Below the pieces are notes generated by a model, which was given only the letters and a program-made list of their open reading frames with translations, did not search any database and was not told where the DNA came from. A stretch of 64,000 nucleotides of DNA from Octopus sinensis (lineage: Eukaryota), in assembly GCF_006345805.1 (NCBI RefSeq), contig NC_043004.1, forward strand, positions 12,958,001 to 13,022,000, given 5' to 3'. The position numbers were made by a program, and so were the translations under genes. This document shows positions 50,910 through 64,000 of this stretch, piece by piece (the stretch's first letter is position 1; each line of letters starts with the position of its first letter).

Positions 50910-52080
50910 AGTGATGCTGTTGACATCGTTTTATTGGACTTTGCCAAAGCTTTTGACTCGGTAAACCACCGCCTACTACTTGTCAAGCTTCAAGCATATA
51001 GTTTCCATCCGGATATTGTACGATGGGTTGGTGCCTTCCTCTCAGATCGCTCCTTCCAAGTTCAAGTTAATGGTTCGCGGTCCGACGTCTCCAGTGCGAG
51101 CAGTGGCGTGCCTCAAGGTTCAGTGCTTGGGCCCTTGTTGTTCTTAGTCTTCATAAATGACTTGCCCGACAACCTCACGCAACACACCCTTCTATTTGCC
51201 GACGATATCAAACTGGTTGCTCCTCGCGGTAGTATAGAGGATCTTCGTCAATGCCTCCACCAAATTTGGAAGTGGTCTAACGATTGGGACCTGTGTCTGA
51301 ACGTGTCAAAGTGCTGTCATCTGCCTGTCGGCTCTACTCCTACAACTCAACTTGATTTCGAGCCGGGTCGTCTGCTGCTGGAGAGGACGGATCAGGTAAA
51401 GGACCTGGGTATCTTGGTGGATTCCTCCTTTTCGCCTTCGGCCCAGTGCGTCCATGCTGCCAACAAAGCGCGCGGAATTCTGTTTTTGATTCGACGGTCA
51501 TTCGGAATGCTCACAGCAGCCATATTCCTGCCACTCTATGTCACGCTGGTGAGACCCATATTGGAGTATGGGATTCAAGCCTCTTCTCCTTCTCCTCAAA
51601 GACATACAGCACCTCGAAAGAGTCCAGAGGCTGGCTACCCGCCTGGTTCATGGTCTCAAAAATTTGTCCTACGAAGAAAGGCTGAGGACGCTCGACCTTT
51701 ATTCTCTTGAAAAACGCCGCCGCCGTGGTGATCTCATCCTCGCCCACAACATCATAAGCGGGAAGTGTAACCTCTCGAAAGAGCTGTTCTTCACTCCTGC
51801 TCCGGAGCGTCGGCTGCGGGGTCATTCCGAAAAGCTCTACCTGCGACGATTTCATCTCAATCGAAGGAGAGGAGCTTTCTCCGTCCGGGTTGCGGATCCG
51901 TGGAACAAGCTGCCAGACGAGATGGTGAAGATGCCGACGACCGCTTTGTTCAAAGCCTCCCTGGACCTCAAGTGGCCTGAACTCTTTACATGAACACCAC
52001 CCTGTACTTAACTCCATGTCCCCCTACATGGCCTTGCTATTTGCTTTTGAGCCAAATTAACTAACTAACTAACTAACTAA
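50910..52080 (+). mobile_element. Second CR1-group LINE copy (RT 3' part)
   Basis: About a dozen differences from 39090-40260; intact FADD and W codon; 1-bp deletion near 51595; (TAAC)n tail. Confidence 0.95.
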
Positions 52081-52284
52081 AAATGCTTCGGTAAAGACGG
52101 AGAAAATATGGTCAATTTCCCCAAACAGGGACACAATTCAATTTTTAAACAATAACCAAAGCTCCTTCTCCGGTTTACAATTATTTAACAAAAGCAACAC
52201 AACGTTTCCCTGACGAGGAACCAACAAACGTGATTATAATAGTCAAACAGTAATAACAATAACAACAAACATTTAAAAATTATC

Positions 52285-52790
52285 CCCATTTATGTGAAAC
52301 CACTTATTCATGTTCAAGTCATTGATGCAATTTTATACGAATTGCTAATACACACACACACACACACACACATAATAAGGGTGAAAAATTGAATATTGGT
52401 GTAGCAAATAAGACCATAGCGGATCTTCTATCAAAATGGATGACCACTTGTTAACAGTTCATCCCTGATATATAATACTTTCACTTTAATAGTTTCAGTA
52501 TTAAAATGAAAGTGTCTGCATTACAAAAGAGAGATATTTTTGTTTCAGTTTTAACACGTAATACTGAAAGAGTGGAGAAGATATGATATTGCTGTGGGGT
52601 CGCCCGAGGGAAAAAGTTAAGATTTTTTGCCGATGACACTCCCCGGACCTTAAGTAAGGCATGTGTAAAATTTGAATGAAATTGGTTTTGTAGTTCTCAA
52701 GTTTTAGGGAAACACACAGACAGAGAGACAGACAGATAGACACACATTCTCAGTTTTATATATATATATATATATATAATATATATATAT
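52285..52790 (+). mobile_element. Partial HINE/Helentron-like element
   Basis: Shares gaaaccacttattc and the 3' terminus with 30102-31143. Confidence 0.55.
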
Positions 52791-52868
52791 ATATACTCTC
52801 TCCCCTTTTACTTGTTTCAGTTATTTGAATTACATAATAGTGGTTTTCCCTAATTTATATATATATAT

Positions 52869-53263
52869 TTTATTTGTTTCAGTCATTTGACAGCAGCCAT
52901 GCTGGAGCACCACCTTTAGTCGAGCAAATCGACCCTAGAACTTATTCTTTGTAAGCCTAGTACTTATTCTATCGGTCTCTTTTGCCGAACCGCTACGTTA
53001 CGGGGACGTAAACACACCAGTATCGGTTGTCAAGCGATGTTGGGTGGGGTACAAATACAGACACACAGACATCTAGACACACATACATATCTATATACAT
53101 ACATACGACGGGCTTCTTTCATTTTCCGTCAACCAAATCTACTCAAAAGGCTTTAGTCGACCCGCAGGTATAGTAGAAGACACTTGCCCAAGGTGCCACG
53201 CAGTGGGACTGAACCCGGAACCATGTGGTTGACAAGCAAGCTCCTTACCAGACACCTACTCCT
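52869..53263 (-). mobile_element. SINE family A
   Basis: Family consensus match. Confidence 0.9.
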
Positions 53264-53337
53264 ATATATACATCTACATACATACATACATACACACATA
53301 CATACACACACACACATATATATATATATTATATATA

Positions 53338-53409
<72 letters not shown>

Positions 53410-54009
53410 GTACGTATGTATGTATGTATACATGCAGAGCGATAAATAAAGGGGTAGAGAAAAAGACATAGAGATAAAGACATGCAGAGAGACTGACAGT
53501 TACATGGATAGATAGACAGATTGCTAAACGGATGGATGCATTTTTGGACGGGCGAACGAACAGATTGACGGATGAATGACTCGATCGTTGGAAGCATCGT
53601 GATATAAGAGAGGCTGATGGATGCGCATACACGCAGGAACGATTTGGAGATATATAATTACAGGTAAAGGAGGTTGAACTGATTTAACATAAACTATAAT
53701 TCCATAAACTTATTTAACTCTCATGTAGTATTCATAGATTAAATAATTGAAATATTCACAGTGGGTTCTTCAACGTGTACAGCCCAGCTGTTAGCAAATT
53801 TTCTCCTTTGCCTAAAGGCATATTCTCAAGCATTTAATAACTAGCACACGCACACGCACACACACACACACATGTTATATATATTACCACTTATATATTT
53901 AAGATATATATATATGTATATAAGTATATATATATATATACCTACATATATACCTACATATATACATATATATAAAATATCATAAATGCATTATACCATA
54001 AGATATCAT

Positions 54010-55140
54010 AAAAGCAGAGATACCCGGCATTGCCCGGTTGCATTCAATTGGAGCTTTTAGACTTTTCTGTTATATCTTCTGTAATGAACTGGATTATGTT
54101 TCGAATTTCGTCAAAATTGCAGATGAGGGTTATTTCACTTTTTACACACCCTAAAAAGTTGTAATCGTGCCACATGTATCCCATAATACTGATTTTTATG
54201 CGCATATTCCAAAATTCCAGTCTTATTGAACTTGTTAAAAAGATTTTGTCCCTGTAAAATGAAGGTCATGGAGCTCTAAAATGTGAGAGTTAAGGCCCCA
54301 GTTGGGGGTGGGTGTCTTAATGTCAAGCAGATAAGTTGAATTGTTGAGAGTCTTTTTAACTTGGGACTTATATCTATTGTTTGACTTTTTTGAAATAGGA
54401 AATATATGTTCACTGGGTTTGTAAAATAGAGCAAAGCTACAGGAAACCAAAAGACGAATGATCACAATAAGCACTCAGTTACCCTACCCTAGTCGTTACC
54501 ACTCCCAATGTAGGATTCCTCACCATCCAGGTGACAGGCACAGCCGTAAGATGCATTACGAATCTATAGCAATTGGAAGGGCGTGACCAAACTGAAATCA
54601 ACATTAACAACTGTATGACGTGAGGGCTAAGGAGAAATGAAAGTGTCACCTCTGGAATTTGCAAATGACCACTATACTGATACGTAACTGGACAGAATAA
54701 ATTTACAATCTATAAATGTCTTTGAATAACCAGTCACTCATTTGGGAAGGCCATGAAATCAATGTTACTATTTGGGGACTATGTGTGACCAAGTGATAAT
54801 AAAAAGACTGAAAGGAGGTCTGCAATCAAATTACTTTACTCAACACTTTGCAACTGAATCAGTGGAGGCAAAGATGCCTCTCATTTACTTGACAATTGAT
54901 GCACCACGTTGCAGAAATCACAATGTAAGTGTATGTCAAAGCAAACTGTTACACTGTTGTACCATTGAATTACAAATAATGCCCAACTTTTACGCTCGGG
55001 TAACCCTACAGCTTCCAAGAGCACAGCTGTATTTGTTTTTGCTTAGATAGAATGACAAAATTGTTGGTGTTAAGTCCCCATGGAGGAGTCTTTCTTACTT
55101 CATTTGTGTCTAATATCTATGGTTAAAATGTACACTTATT
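54010..55140 (+). mobile_element. Dispersed repeat, probably HINE/Helentron-like
   Basis: Begins agcagagatacccggcattgcccggt (5' hairpin); inverted homolog of 27530-28590. Confidence 0.55.
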
Positions 55141-56119
55141 TAATCAAGTTCACCTGAATGTTGCAAGGCGCATCAAGTTATGCATTGAAAATGATGGAAA
55201 TCACTTTGAAAATATTATTTATTAACATTATAATTTAAAAAAATTGTTTTGTTTTAAAGGTATGTGTTAATCCCCATGTACGCAGACTTTATGGACACCG
55301 TCTATTATTTTGTAAAACAATATTTAATTAGTTTAAACGTACACAAATGCATAAAAATAAGTTTTAATTGAATTAGACATTTGCAAATACTATTAAATTT
55401 CATTCAAATCTAAAAAAAGGTAAAATTGGACAGAACTGACTGGATGACTTGATATATATAATCTATGATATTCTAGTAGGTTTCAAGTTTATAACACCTT
55501 GATATCTCATGTTATCTTATTTTATATGCCTAAGACGTTTATTTTTTATTCTGGTTTTTATATATTTCTATACGAATTATTTGTATCTATAATTTATTTT
55601 AAGCCGAAACATAATACGATCCTTGTACGAACGAAAGAACAAGAAAGTGATCTGGAACTTTTATCTTCCACCGGTGTTTGTAATCGATGGTGACATGTGC
55701 GATGATTTTGCGATTATCTTATACATTACAGAGAAATTGGAAGCCCCGAATGTAAGTCAGCACTTTATGCATAATTCAATATTTATAGTTCTCTATTTCT
55801 AACAGAAATTCTGACCTCAATAATTATAGATCTATTTCTAAATGTAATTCTTTTTCTTCTCGTTCATGCATTCTTGTCGGTCTCTTGACAAAGCCTTCTT
55901 TCTCCAGCGTTCACCACTTAACCTCGTTAGGGTTAAACAGCCCTTACCGAATGTTTTCACTGTCCTGTTTTTGTTAGCAGCTTTGACGTTCCACGTATCT
56001 CAAATTTATTTAAATTGCTTTGGGGGAGCAATTGCTTTGCAGAAGACGCATCTTGTTGCAATGCGGAGTAGGTAAAACTGCCAACAACAGAGGAAAGGTT
56101 GTTTTTTATGCTTCCCGCT

Positions 56120-56362
56120 ATAGTTATCCATATATAATTAAAAGCCGAGCCGAGCCGAGCCGAGCGACCAATGCTCTGGTCGCCATAGCGCTCACTGTGG
56201 CGTCGTAGCCGTGGACAGTGGACCCAATGGCGCCCAGAGCAAGCCCATGACACTCCTTGGACCCTAAGTATGTCCAAAATTTGAATGAAATTGGTTGTGT
56301 AGTTCTGAAGATTCAGGGATTCAGACAGACAGACGGACACACATGCTCAGTTTTATATATAT
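56120..56362 (+). mobile_element. Short HINE-like element abutting the next copy
   Basis: atccatatataattaaaag start; same 3' terminus (GACA)n-cagttttatatat. Confidence 0.5.
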
Positions 56363-57392
56363 ACTAGCATTAAAGACCCGTCGTTGCCGGGTCATAGTGC
56401 TAGTGCATGTATATCTGTGTATATATATATGTGTACATCTATATATATACATCTACACATAAAATAAAAAATATAAAGTTATATGTTGATATCGCTAATG
56501 ATAACAATACTCAAAATATATAAGAGACTGGAATTGTTAGCCCGTCTCTTGTAATTTCGATCAATTGTATCTTGTCCTCCCTCTTGTATAGAAGTGTGGC
56601 TACAATCCAGCCTACCTCTACTTCGGGGGGGGGGATTTTAAATTGTTTCCGGGATGTCATAGATATAAAGGTAAAAATAATTATAAAATATTTCCATTTT
56701 GTAAGTTCGAGTCGAGTACTCCCTCGCACGCTCCGTTGACTCGAACCTTGCTTCCATTGTGGCGAATTTACTGCTCTGATTAGATACCTCTCATAGTCGC
56801 ACCAAGGCACTTTTCGAAGGTGCTTTTCTCCATGTGTTCAAATCTTCTTTTTTCTCTACATTGTATACTTTATAGACAATAGTCTTTTCTTTAATTTAAT
56901 TTTTTATTATCCATCTGGACTATTCCATTTCTGCACGCTAATTTTATTTTTAATTTATTCCCATTCATATGAAACCACTTATTCAAGTTCAAGTCATTGA
57001 TGCAATTTTATACCAATTTCTATTTTTACTTTTGTTATGTTATGATTATATTATACTTTAGTTTGATTTTAATTATTACTTACTACATATAATTGAATTG
57101 TTATTAGTTTTATTGTTAAAATGAAAGTATCTGACATAAAATAGAGAAACGTTTTTGTTTCACTTTTAACATGTAATACTGAAATAGTGGAGAAGATATG
57201 ATATTGCTATGGGCTCGCTCTAGGCAAGAAGTTGAACATTTCTTTTCCCCATGAAACTACATGGACCCTAAGTAAGGCATGTGTAAAATTTGAATGGAAT
57301 TGGTTGTGTAGTTCTCAAGTTTTAGGGAAAAACACAGACAGACCGACAGACAGACAGACACACATTCTCAGTTTTATATATATATATAAGAT
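56363..57392 (+). mobile_element. Second full copy of HINE/Helentron-like element
   Basis: Collinear with 30102-31143 at high identity. Confidence 0.6.
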
Positions 57393-57394
57393 AA

Positions 57395-57583
57395 AATACA
57401 AATGGGACAAGAACGCAAAACGGGACAGCAAAACATCCAGATAAACGTATTCAGCCGAAATTGCGAGGATAATCCGGTTCTTGACTGTAGATAAAAGGTT
57501 TCGAATGTCCCGTCCGTGTTTTTTGTATCGTCTATCTGGATGTTTTGCTGTCCCGTTTTGCATCGTTGTCCCATTTTGTATTA
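57395..57583. repeat. MITE-like fold-back, ~50-bp arms
   Basis: aatacaaatgggacaagaacgcaaaacgggacagcaaaacatccagata / tatctggatgttttgctgtcccgttttgcatcgttgtcccattttgtatt. Confidence 0.75.
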
Positions 57584-57796
57584 TATATATATGTATATAT
57601 AGACAACAGACTTCTTACACAGCTACCGTGTACGAAATTCACTCACATACTATTGGTCGGTACGGAGCTATTGTAGAAGTCACTTGCCCAAATTACTTCG
57701 CAAGTGAGGCTGAACTTCAAACCATGTGCTTGAAAAGCGAGCTTTTTATCTATACAACCGTGTCTATATACATGTGTGTGTGTGTGCGTGCGTGTA

Positions 57797-57848
<52 letters not shown>

Positions 57849-57874
57849 CATATACGCATACAGACACACACCTC

Positions 57875-57914
<40 letters not shown>

Positions 57915-58759
57915 ATTATGTCTATTATAAACTATCACATGAAATAAAAACGTTCCTTAAAATTAGCTCAATCATTAGAGGCTCACGCACCTGTATTGTA
58001 ATACGCAAGCACATTCCCACTCCTTGCTCTCTTATGAGGCTGAACAAAAACAGAATAATTTATTTCGACACGACATTATATTTAATACAGTCTGCAGCCC
58101 GAAACTAATGGCACGTATAGTTAATACCGTTACATTCAACTTTAAAAGCAACGGAAATTGTACCTGTCTGACATCAAAATATAAGCCATTTACTAAATTA
58201 TATACTGAATTCTATGCATGAAATTAGCATTTTTAGAATGAAATGGAAAATCATTTAATATTTATAGTTTTAGCTTGGGTATGCACTGTTTACTTTGTGC
58301 TCAATCAGACGGCATGTTTCTGAGATGCATGTGTGCGCATATCTTTCGCTATTGTACAATCTTATAACTTGTGATGGAGATAAGCATCCGAGAAAAACCG
58401 AAAAAAAATGTTGTTTTACTAACGAAATCCTTTACATATTTTTTCGAGCGTCGGTATGTTATTTATTTTTCAAAGGATTCCTATTGTTACGTTCGTCGTC
58501 AATAATGCTTTGAACCAATGATTAGCCTTTAAGAAATATACTGGCATGTCTGTGTGGTGAAGAAGTTCGTTTAGCAACCATGTGGTCTCGGGTTCACTTC
58601 AGTCAGTCCCACCGTGTAGCAGCTTGGGCATGTGTCTTCCGCTTTTGCCCCGAGCCGAACAATATCTTGCGAGTGAATTTGGTTGGCGGGAAAAAAATCA
58701 AAGGAAGCTCATCGTGCCATCCGTCTTCTTCATGTTTCGCGTCACATCGCAACACTAAA

Positions 58760-59040
58760 ACAAAACTATTTCACCTCAACTGGCACTGTTCTCTTTAAAC
58801 ATGTCATGACACATAACAGAAGTAAAAGATTTCATGTCATTCAAAAACGTTCTGGACGAATATCTCCAACGAATTCCAGATAAACCACCTAACACCCGTA
58901 TATATCTCTGCAGATAATTACTTCTTCACTCGAATGGACTATGGTGCCCCAAGAATTACTGTAATATGAAACATCATCTTTTACAGGTAGTGCTATCGAG
59001 TTAGAAATGGCCTGGACCAATTCTGGCCGAGACTTAACTA
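58760..59040 (+). mobile_element. CR1/L2-group LINE 3' fragment
   Basis: FKNVLDEYLQRIPDKP; 3' UTR homologous to 2352-2420. Confidence 0.6.
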
Positions 59041-59052
59041 AGTGTATATATT

Positions 59053-59458
59053 CTCTCTTTACTCTTTCACTTGTTTCAGTCATTTGACTGCGGCCATGCT
59101 GGAGCACCGCCTTTAGTCGAGCAAATCGACCCCAGGACTTATTCTTTGTAAGCCCAGTACTTATTCTATCCGTTTCTTTTGCCGAACTGCTAAGTGACGG
59201 CGACGTAAACACACCAGCATCGGTTGTCCAGCAATGCTAGGGGGACAAACACAGACACACAAACATACACGCACATACATATATATACATACATACGACG
59301 GGCTTCTTTCAGTTTCCGTCTACCAAATCCACTCACAAGGCTTTGGCCGGCCCGAGGCTATAGTAGAAGACACTTGCCCAAGGTGCCACGCAATGGGGCT
59401 GAACCCGGAACCATGTGGCTGGTAAACAAGCTACTTACCACACAGCCACTCCTGCGCC
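59053..59458 (-). mobile_element. Young SINE family A
   Basis: Near-consensus; head abuts (TA)n. Confidence 0.95.
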
Positions 59459-59479
<21 letters not shown>

Positions 59480-59490
<11 letters not shown>

Positions 59491-60150
59491 TAAATTAGAG
59501 ATAAAACCACTATTAGGCAAATCAAACAATGAAAAACATAAGCCAATACATAAAATTAATTTAATTTATATTATTTTAAATATATATCAAAAGTATTAAA
59601 AGTTTAATAAAAGATAAAGAGTAAAACATTACGATCGTTTCATGGCTGTACAATTCGAATAACAATGATTTAAATTCAATTAATAATTCGAGTTATGGTT
59701 ACAGTCAATCTTCAGGTTAATTGAAATATCTAAAAAATAATCAGAAATAGTGAAACAATATTTTTAAGATATAAATAATATAATAATTTTACTTATAATA
59801 AACTCTATTATCAAACTAGAACCATAAAACATAACAATTATGATTATATCAAAATCGACTATGATGTTAAATATTAATTTTAATTTATAAGGTAGGAAAC
59901 CCACCAATAATCTAATATCGGTATTAATCTATATCTAATTGCATAAATATTTAAAAATGACTATTATATATAAATTATCAATGAAAATATATAAATGTAT
60001 ATAAATATTATAATTAAGATCTAAAATAATCTCTATAAATAAATATATATGCACTTATAATAAAAACCTAATAAATTAATTTTTCACATTTAAAGATGAA
60101 ATAGCTAATTTCAAATACAAATAAACAAACTTAAACGAACTTTTCGAAAT
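59480..60150 (-). mobile_element. Very AT-rich segment, possible PLE 3' UTR/pLTR with hammerhead-like core
   Basis: T-rich on minus strand, ends in (TA)n; CUGAAGA..long hairpin..GAAACGAUCGUA at 59630-59715. Confidence 0.4.
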
Positions 60151-60450
60151 CTTATGTGTGTCGTAGCCTATGCCACTCCTTGGCCCCTAAGTAAGGCATG
60201 TGTAAAATTTCTCAAGTTTTAGGGAAACACAGTGACAGACAGAAACACATTCTCAGTTTTATATATACATAAAGATATATATATATGTGCGTGTGTGTGT
60301 GTTTATATGCGAGTACATATATATATATATGTATATACATACATATGTATGTATCAATGTGTGGTGTGTGTTATACGTCATTCTACATGTCTATATGCAT
60401 GTACTATGTAGGTATATTCGTATAAGCCATTTGCAGTTATTTCTGTGAGT

Positions 60451-60485
<35 letters not shown>

Positions 60486-60625
60486 AATAAACATACACAT
60501 AAACATTCATATATGTGTATACATGTGTATATGAATGCATGCGTTAGTGCGTATGCGTAGAATCCCAACAAAATGAGTGCTACGGCCTTCCGCTTGCTCA
60601 CTTATTCCTATTTCTATACATCTAT

Positions 60626-62023
60626 ACAACATATTCTCAATATAAAAATTGTGTACATTTAAACATAAGAGAAACTACATTTAACAGGTAATATTTACAC
60701 GCTAGAAGAAGCAGTCAAAACGACCAATACCAGATTTAAGAGCAATTTTCGAAGGGAATGAAAAAGAAAAACTTTTACCTTGTCATTATTATTTTTTTTG
60801 GGGGGGGGAATAACAAGGTAACGTTTTTATTTTTCATTCCCTTCGAAAATTGCTCTTAATGTGGTTTTGGCCGTTTTGACTGCTTCTTCTAGCGTGTAAA
60901 AATTACCTGTTAAATGTAGTTTTCTCTTGTGTTAAATGTACATTAATGAATGTATATATAATGCTTTATCTATTTTTGATACTTTATGTAAACATATATA
61001 GTGGAAATCGAACCGGTGAGTATGTTAAGTAATAAGGCACTAAAAGACAATGACACTATAAAATTGCTTCAAGACACGAATTCACATAAAGAATCTTGCA
61101 AACGAAATACAAAAGCGAAATATATGTGTGTGTGTGTGTACAAAATTATCTTTCTATCTTTCTACACCCTCAATCGCTCTTCATAAATGTGTGTGAGCGT
61201 CTCTGTGTACATATGTATGTATGTATGTACGTCTGTGCTTATATGTATATAGTTGTGCGTGCATTTATGGATGTCTCTGGTTTAGATAACAATAGGTTGT
61301 AGAATCCTGCGTTGTTGAAAACTTTTCAGACGCGTACATAACACACACCCAAACACGCACGCACACACACATAGAAACACACATATACACGCGCACAGAC
61401 ATATACACGCACACCAACACAAAACACACACACTTACATACACATATACATACATTCATATATACATATATGCATGCTTCTCTACGTATATTTACAGATA
61501 ATTGTTGTACACACACACACACATATATTTCGCTTTTGTATTTCGTTTGCAAGATTCTTTATGTGAATTCGTGTCTTGAAGCATATTTTATAGTGTCATT
61601 GTCTTTTAGTGCCTTATTACTTAACATACTCACCGGTTCGATTTCCACTATATATGTTTACATAAAGTATCAAAAATAGATAAAGCATTATATATACATT
61701 CATTAATGTACATTTAAACACAAGAGAAAACTACATTTAACAGGTAATTTTTACACGCTAGAAGAAGCAGTCAAAACGGCCAAAACCACATTTAAGAGCA
61801 ATTTTCGAAGGGAATGAAAAATAAAAACGTTTACCTTGTTATTCCCCCCCCCCCAAATAATAATGACAAGGTAAAAGTTTTTCTTTTTCATTCCCTTCGA
61901 AAATTGCTCTTAAATCTGGTATTGGTCGTTTTGACTGCTTCTTCTAGCGTGTAAATATTACCTGTTAAATGTAGTTTCTCTTATGTTTAAATGTACACAA
62001 TTTTTATATTGAGAATATGTTGT
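60626..62023. repeat. Large inverted duplication (525-bp arms, 346-bp spacer); each arm contains a 291-bp palindrome
   Basis: 60626-61150 is the reverse complement of 61497-62023; inner palindromes 60652-60942 and 61707-61997 bounded by TGTACA. Confidence 0.95.
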
Positions 62024-62464
62024 CTATTGACTTTTTATACATGCTAGGCCACAAAGGTGGTGAAATTTTTAAAAATATTCGCCACCCTATATACATTATA
62101 TTCATTAATTTATAGATATATCTATTAATGCATACATTCATATAAGCATGTAGATATATATGCTGAGCGGTGACGTAGCTTAAAATAGAGTGACTGGCAG
62201 ATTTTATGGTCCGCAGTGAAGTTTTTGTTAGGACGCTGAGACGGGGCTGACAGACAGTAATTTGACTCATGGGAAATACAAACAAAACTCCTTTCAAATC
62301 GCATCGTACTATTTTTGGCTTAAATCGAGGCTGCACAGTTGTGGCTCGAGGGTCGTTCTTCAATGGTCTGCTAAATGACTGTAGGGCCAGGGAATTATAT
62401 GATTACAGTGAATCCAGTACTTGACTGATAATTTATTTATCGACCCTGGAAGGATGAAAGGCGA

Positions 62465-62887
62465 AGGAGTGGCTGTGTGGTAAGTAGCTTGCTTACCAGC
62501 CACATGGTTCCGGGTTCATTCCCACTGCGTGGCATCTTGGGCAAGTGTCTTCTACTATAGCCTCGGGCCGACCAAAGCCTTATGAGTGGATTTGGTAGAT
62601 GGAAACTGAAGGAAGCCCGTCGTGTATATATATATATATGTATGTATATATGTGTATATGTTTGTGTGTCTGTTTTTGTCCTCCTAGCATTGCTTGACGA
62701 CCAATGCTGGTGTGTTTATGTCTCCGTCATTTAGCAGTTCGGCAAAAGAGACCGATAGAATAAGTACTAGGCTTACAAAGAATAAGTCCTGGGGTTGATT
62801 TGCTCGACTAAAGGCGGTGCTCTAGCATGGCCGCTGTCAAATGACTGAAACAAGTAAAAGAGTAAAAAAGTAAACAAGTAAAGAGTA
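62465..62887 (+). mobile_element. SINE family A
   Basis: Family consensus match; follows a SINE-B fragment. Confidence 0.9.
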
Positions 62888-63049
62888 TAGTTGACCTCCT
62901 CAGGCTGCGAACTATGAACGTAAAAAGTCGGGAGACATGCCTCTAAATGATTTTCCGACGCGCTCTCGATTTTACCAGCTCGCCGCCTTGTGACTGGTAA
63001 ATATGAAGTGGGAAATATATTGCTTTCAAATTTTGTCACGAAGCCAGCA

Positions 63050-64000
63050 ATTTTGGTGGTGTGCTTAAATCGATTGCCTCGACCCTAGTGTTCAACAGAT
63101 ACTCATTTTGTCGAACCCGAAATGATGAAAGGCAAAGCCCGCACCCAGAGGAATTTGAATTCAGAGCGTAAAGAGGGACGAAATACCGCTACGCATTGTT
63201 TCCGACGTAAACACACCAACATCGGCTGTCAAGCGATGTTGGGAGTACACATACACACACACTTATATACGCCGGGCTTCTTTCAGTTTCCGTCTAGCAA
63301 ATCTACTCACAAGGCTTTTGTCTATAGCAGAAGACACTTGCCCAAGTTGTCACGCAGTGGGACTGAACCCGGAGCCCTGTGGTTGGTAAACAAGCCACTT
63401 ACCATACAACAAAACCTGCGCGTAAATATTGGTTTCGAATTTTGGTACATGGCAAGCAATTTCCGGGTTGTAAATAAGTCGTTTGCATCGACTCCAATAC
63501 TCAACTGGTACTTATTTCATCGTACCCGAAGGATGAAAGGCAAAGTTAACCTCGACGGAATTTGAAATCAGAATGCAAAGATGGACGAACTGCCGCCAAA
63601 CATTTTGCCCAGCGTGCTAACGCTTCCGCCAGTTCGTCGCCTTACAAGATTTGTTGAAACTACATGGGTGGGGGGAAAGGAGGTGAGCTGGCAAAATCGT
63701 CACTGCACCTGAAAAACTGTTTAGTGACATTTCTTCCGACCTTACCTTCTGAGTTCAAATGCCAACGGAGTCAACTTTGCCTTTCATCATTTCGGAGTCG
63801 ACAAAAGTAGTACCAGTTGAACACTGGGAGTCGACCCCCTCTCATAAATTGGCTGGCCTTGGGCCACAATTTGAAATCGATATTCTTTTCTTTCTCTAGT
63901 TACAAGGCCCGGAATTTTTAGGGAGGGGCCCAGTCGATTAGATCGACAACAGTAAGCAACTGGTACTTAATTTATTGATCCCGAAAGGAGGAAAGGTAAA
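63050..64000. mobile_element. Cluster of nested SINE A and B fragments in both orientations
   Basis: Family B cores near 63120, 63540, 63770, 63980; family A at 63200-63420. Confidence 0.75.

Noticed and set aside
52200-52240. CTGACGA ggaacc aac aaacgtg
   Set aside because: Stem II partner and the G of GAAA are missing; would need an assumed deletion
59480-60150. Possible mitochondrial insertion (very AT-rich)
   Set aside because: No recognisable mitochondrial gene, rRNA or tRNA motifs

Overview
Eukaryotic, AT-rich, microsatellite- and transposon-saturated DNA. The SINE/LINE repertoire suggests a cephalopod, probably Octopus (inference from recalled repeat families, not a database search). 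No host protein-coding gene, rRNA, true tRNA or CRISPR array can be supported, and most track ORFs are microsatellite artefacts. Main contents: (1) a near-full-length Penelope-like element (RT + GIY-YIG, 22404-26990) with pseudo-LTRs, an inverted 5' arm and minimal hammerhead ribozyme motifs, plus hammerhead-like remnants of other putative PLE families elsewhere; (2) two ~99% identical CR1-group LINE copies in opposite orientation; (3) four R4/Dong-like RLE LINE fragments and a ~560-bp non-coding element, all in (TAA)n; (4) decayed RTE-BovB-like and Tx1/L1 LINEs; (5) dozens of tRNA-derived SINEs from about four families; (6) non-autonomous Helentron/HINE-like elements; (7) an unusual number of near-perfect fold-back duplications, some of which may be assembly artefacts. 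Coordinates were read by eye and are approximate.
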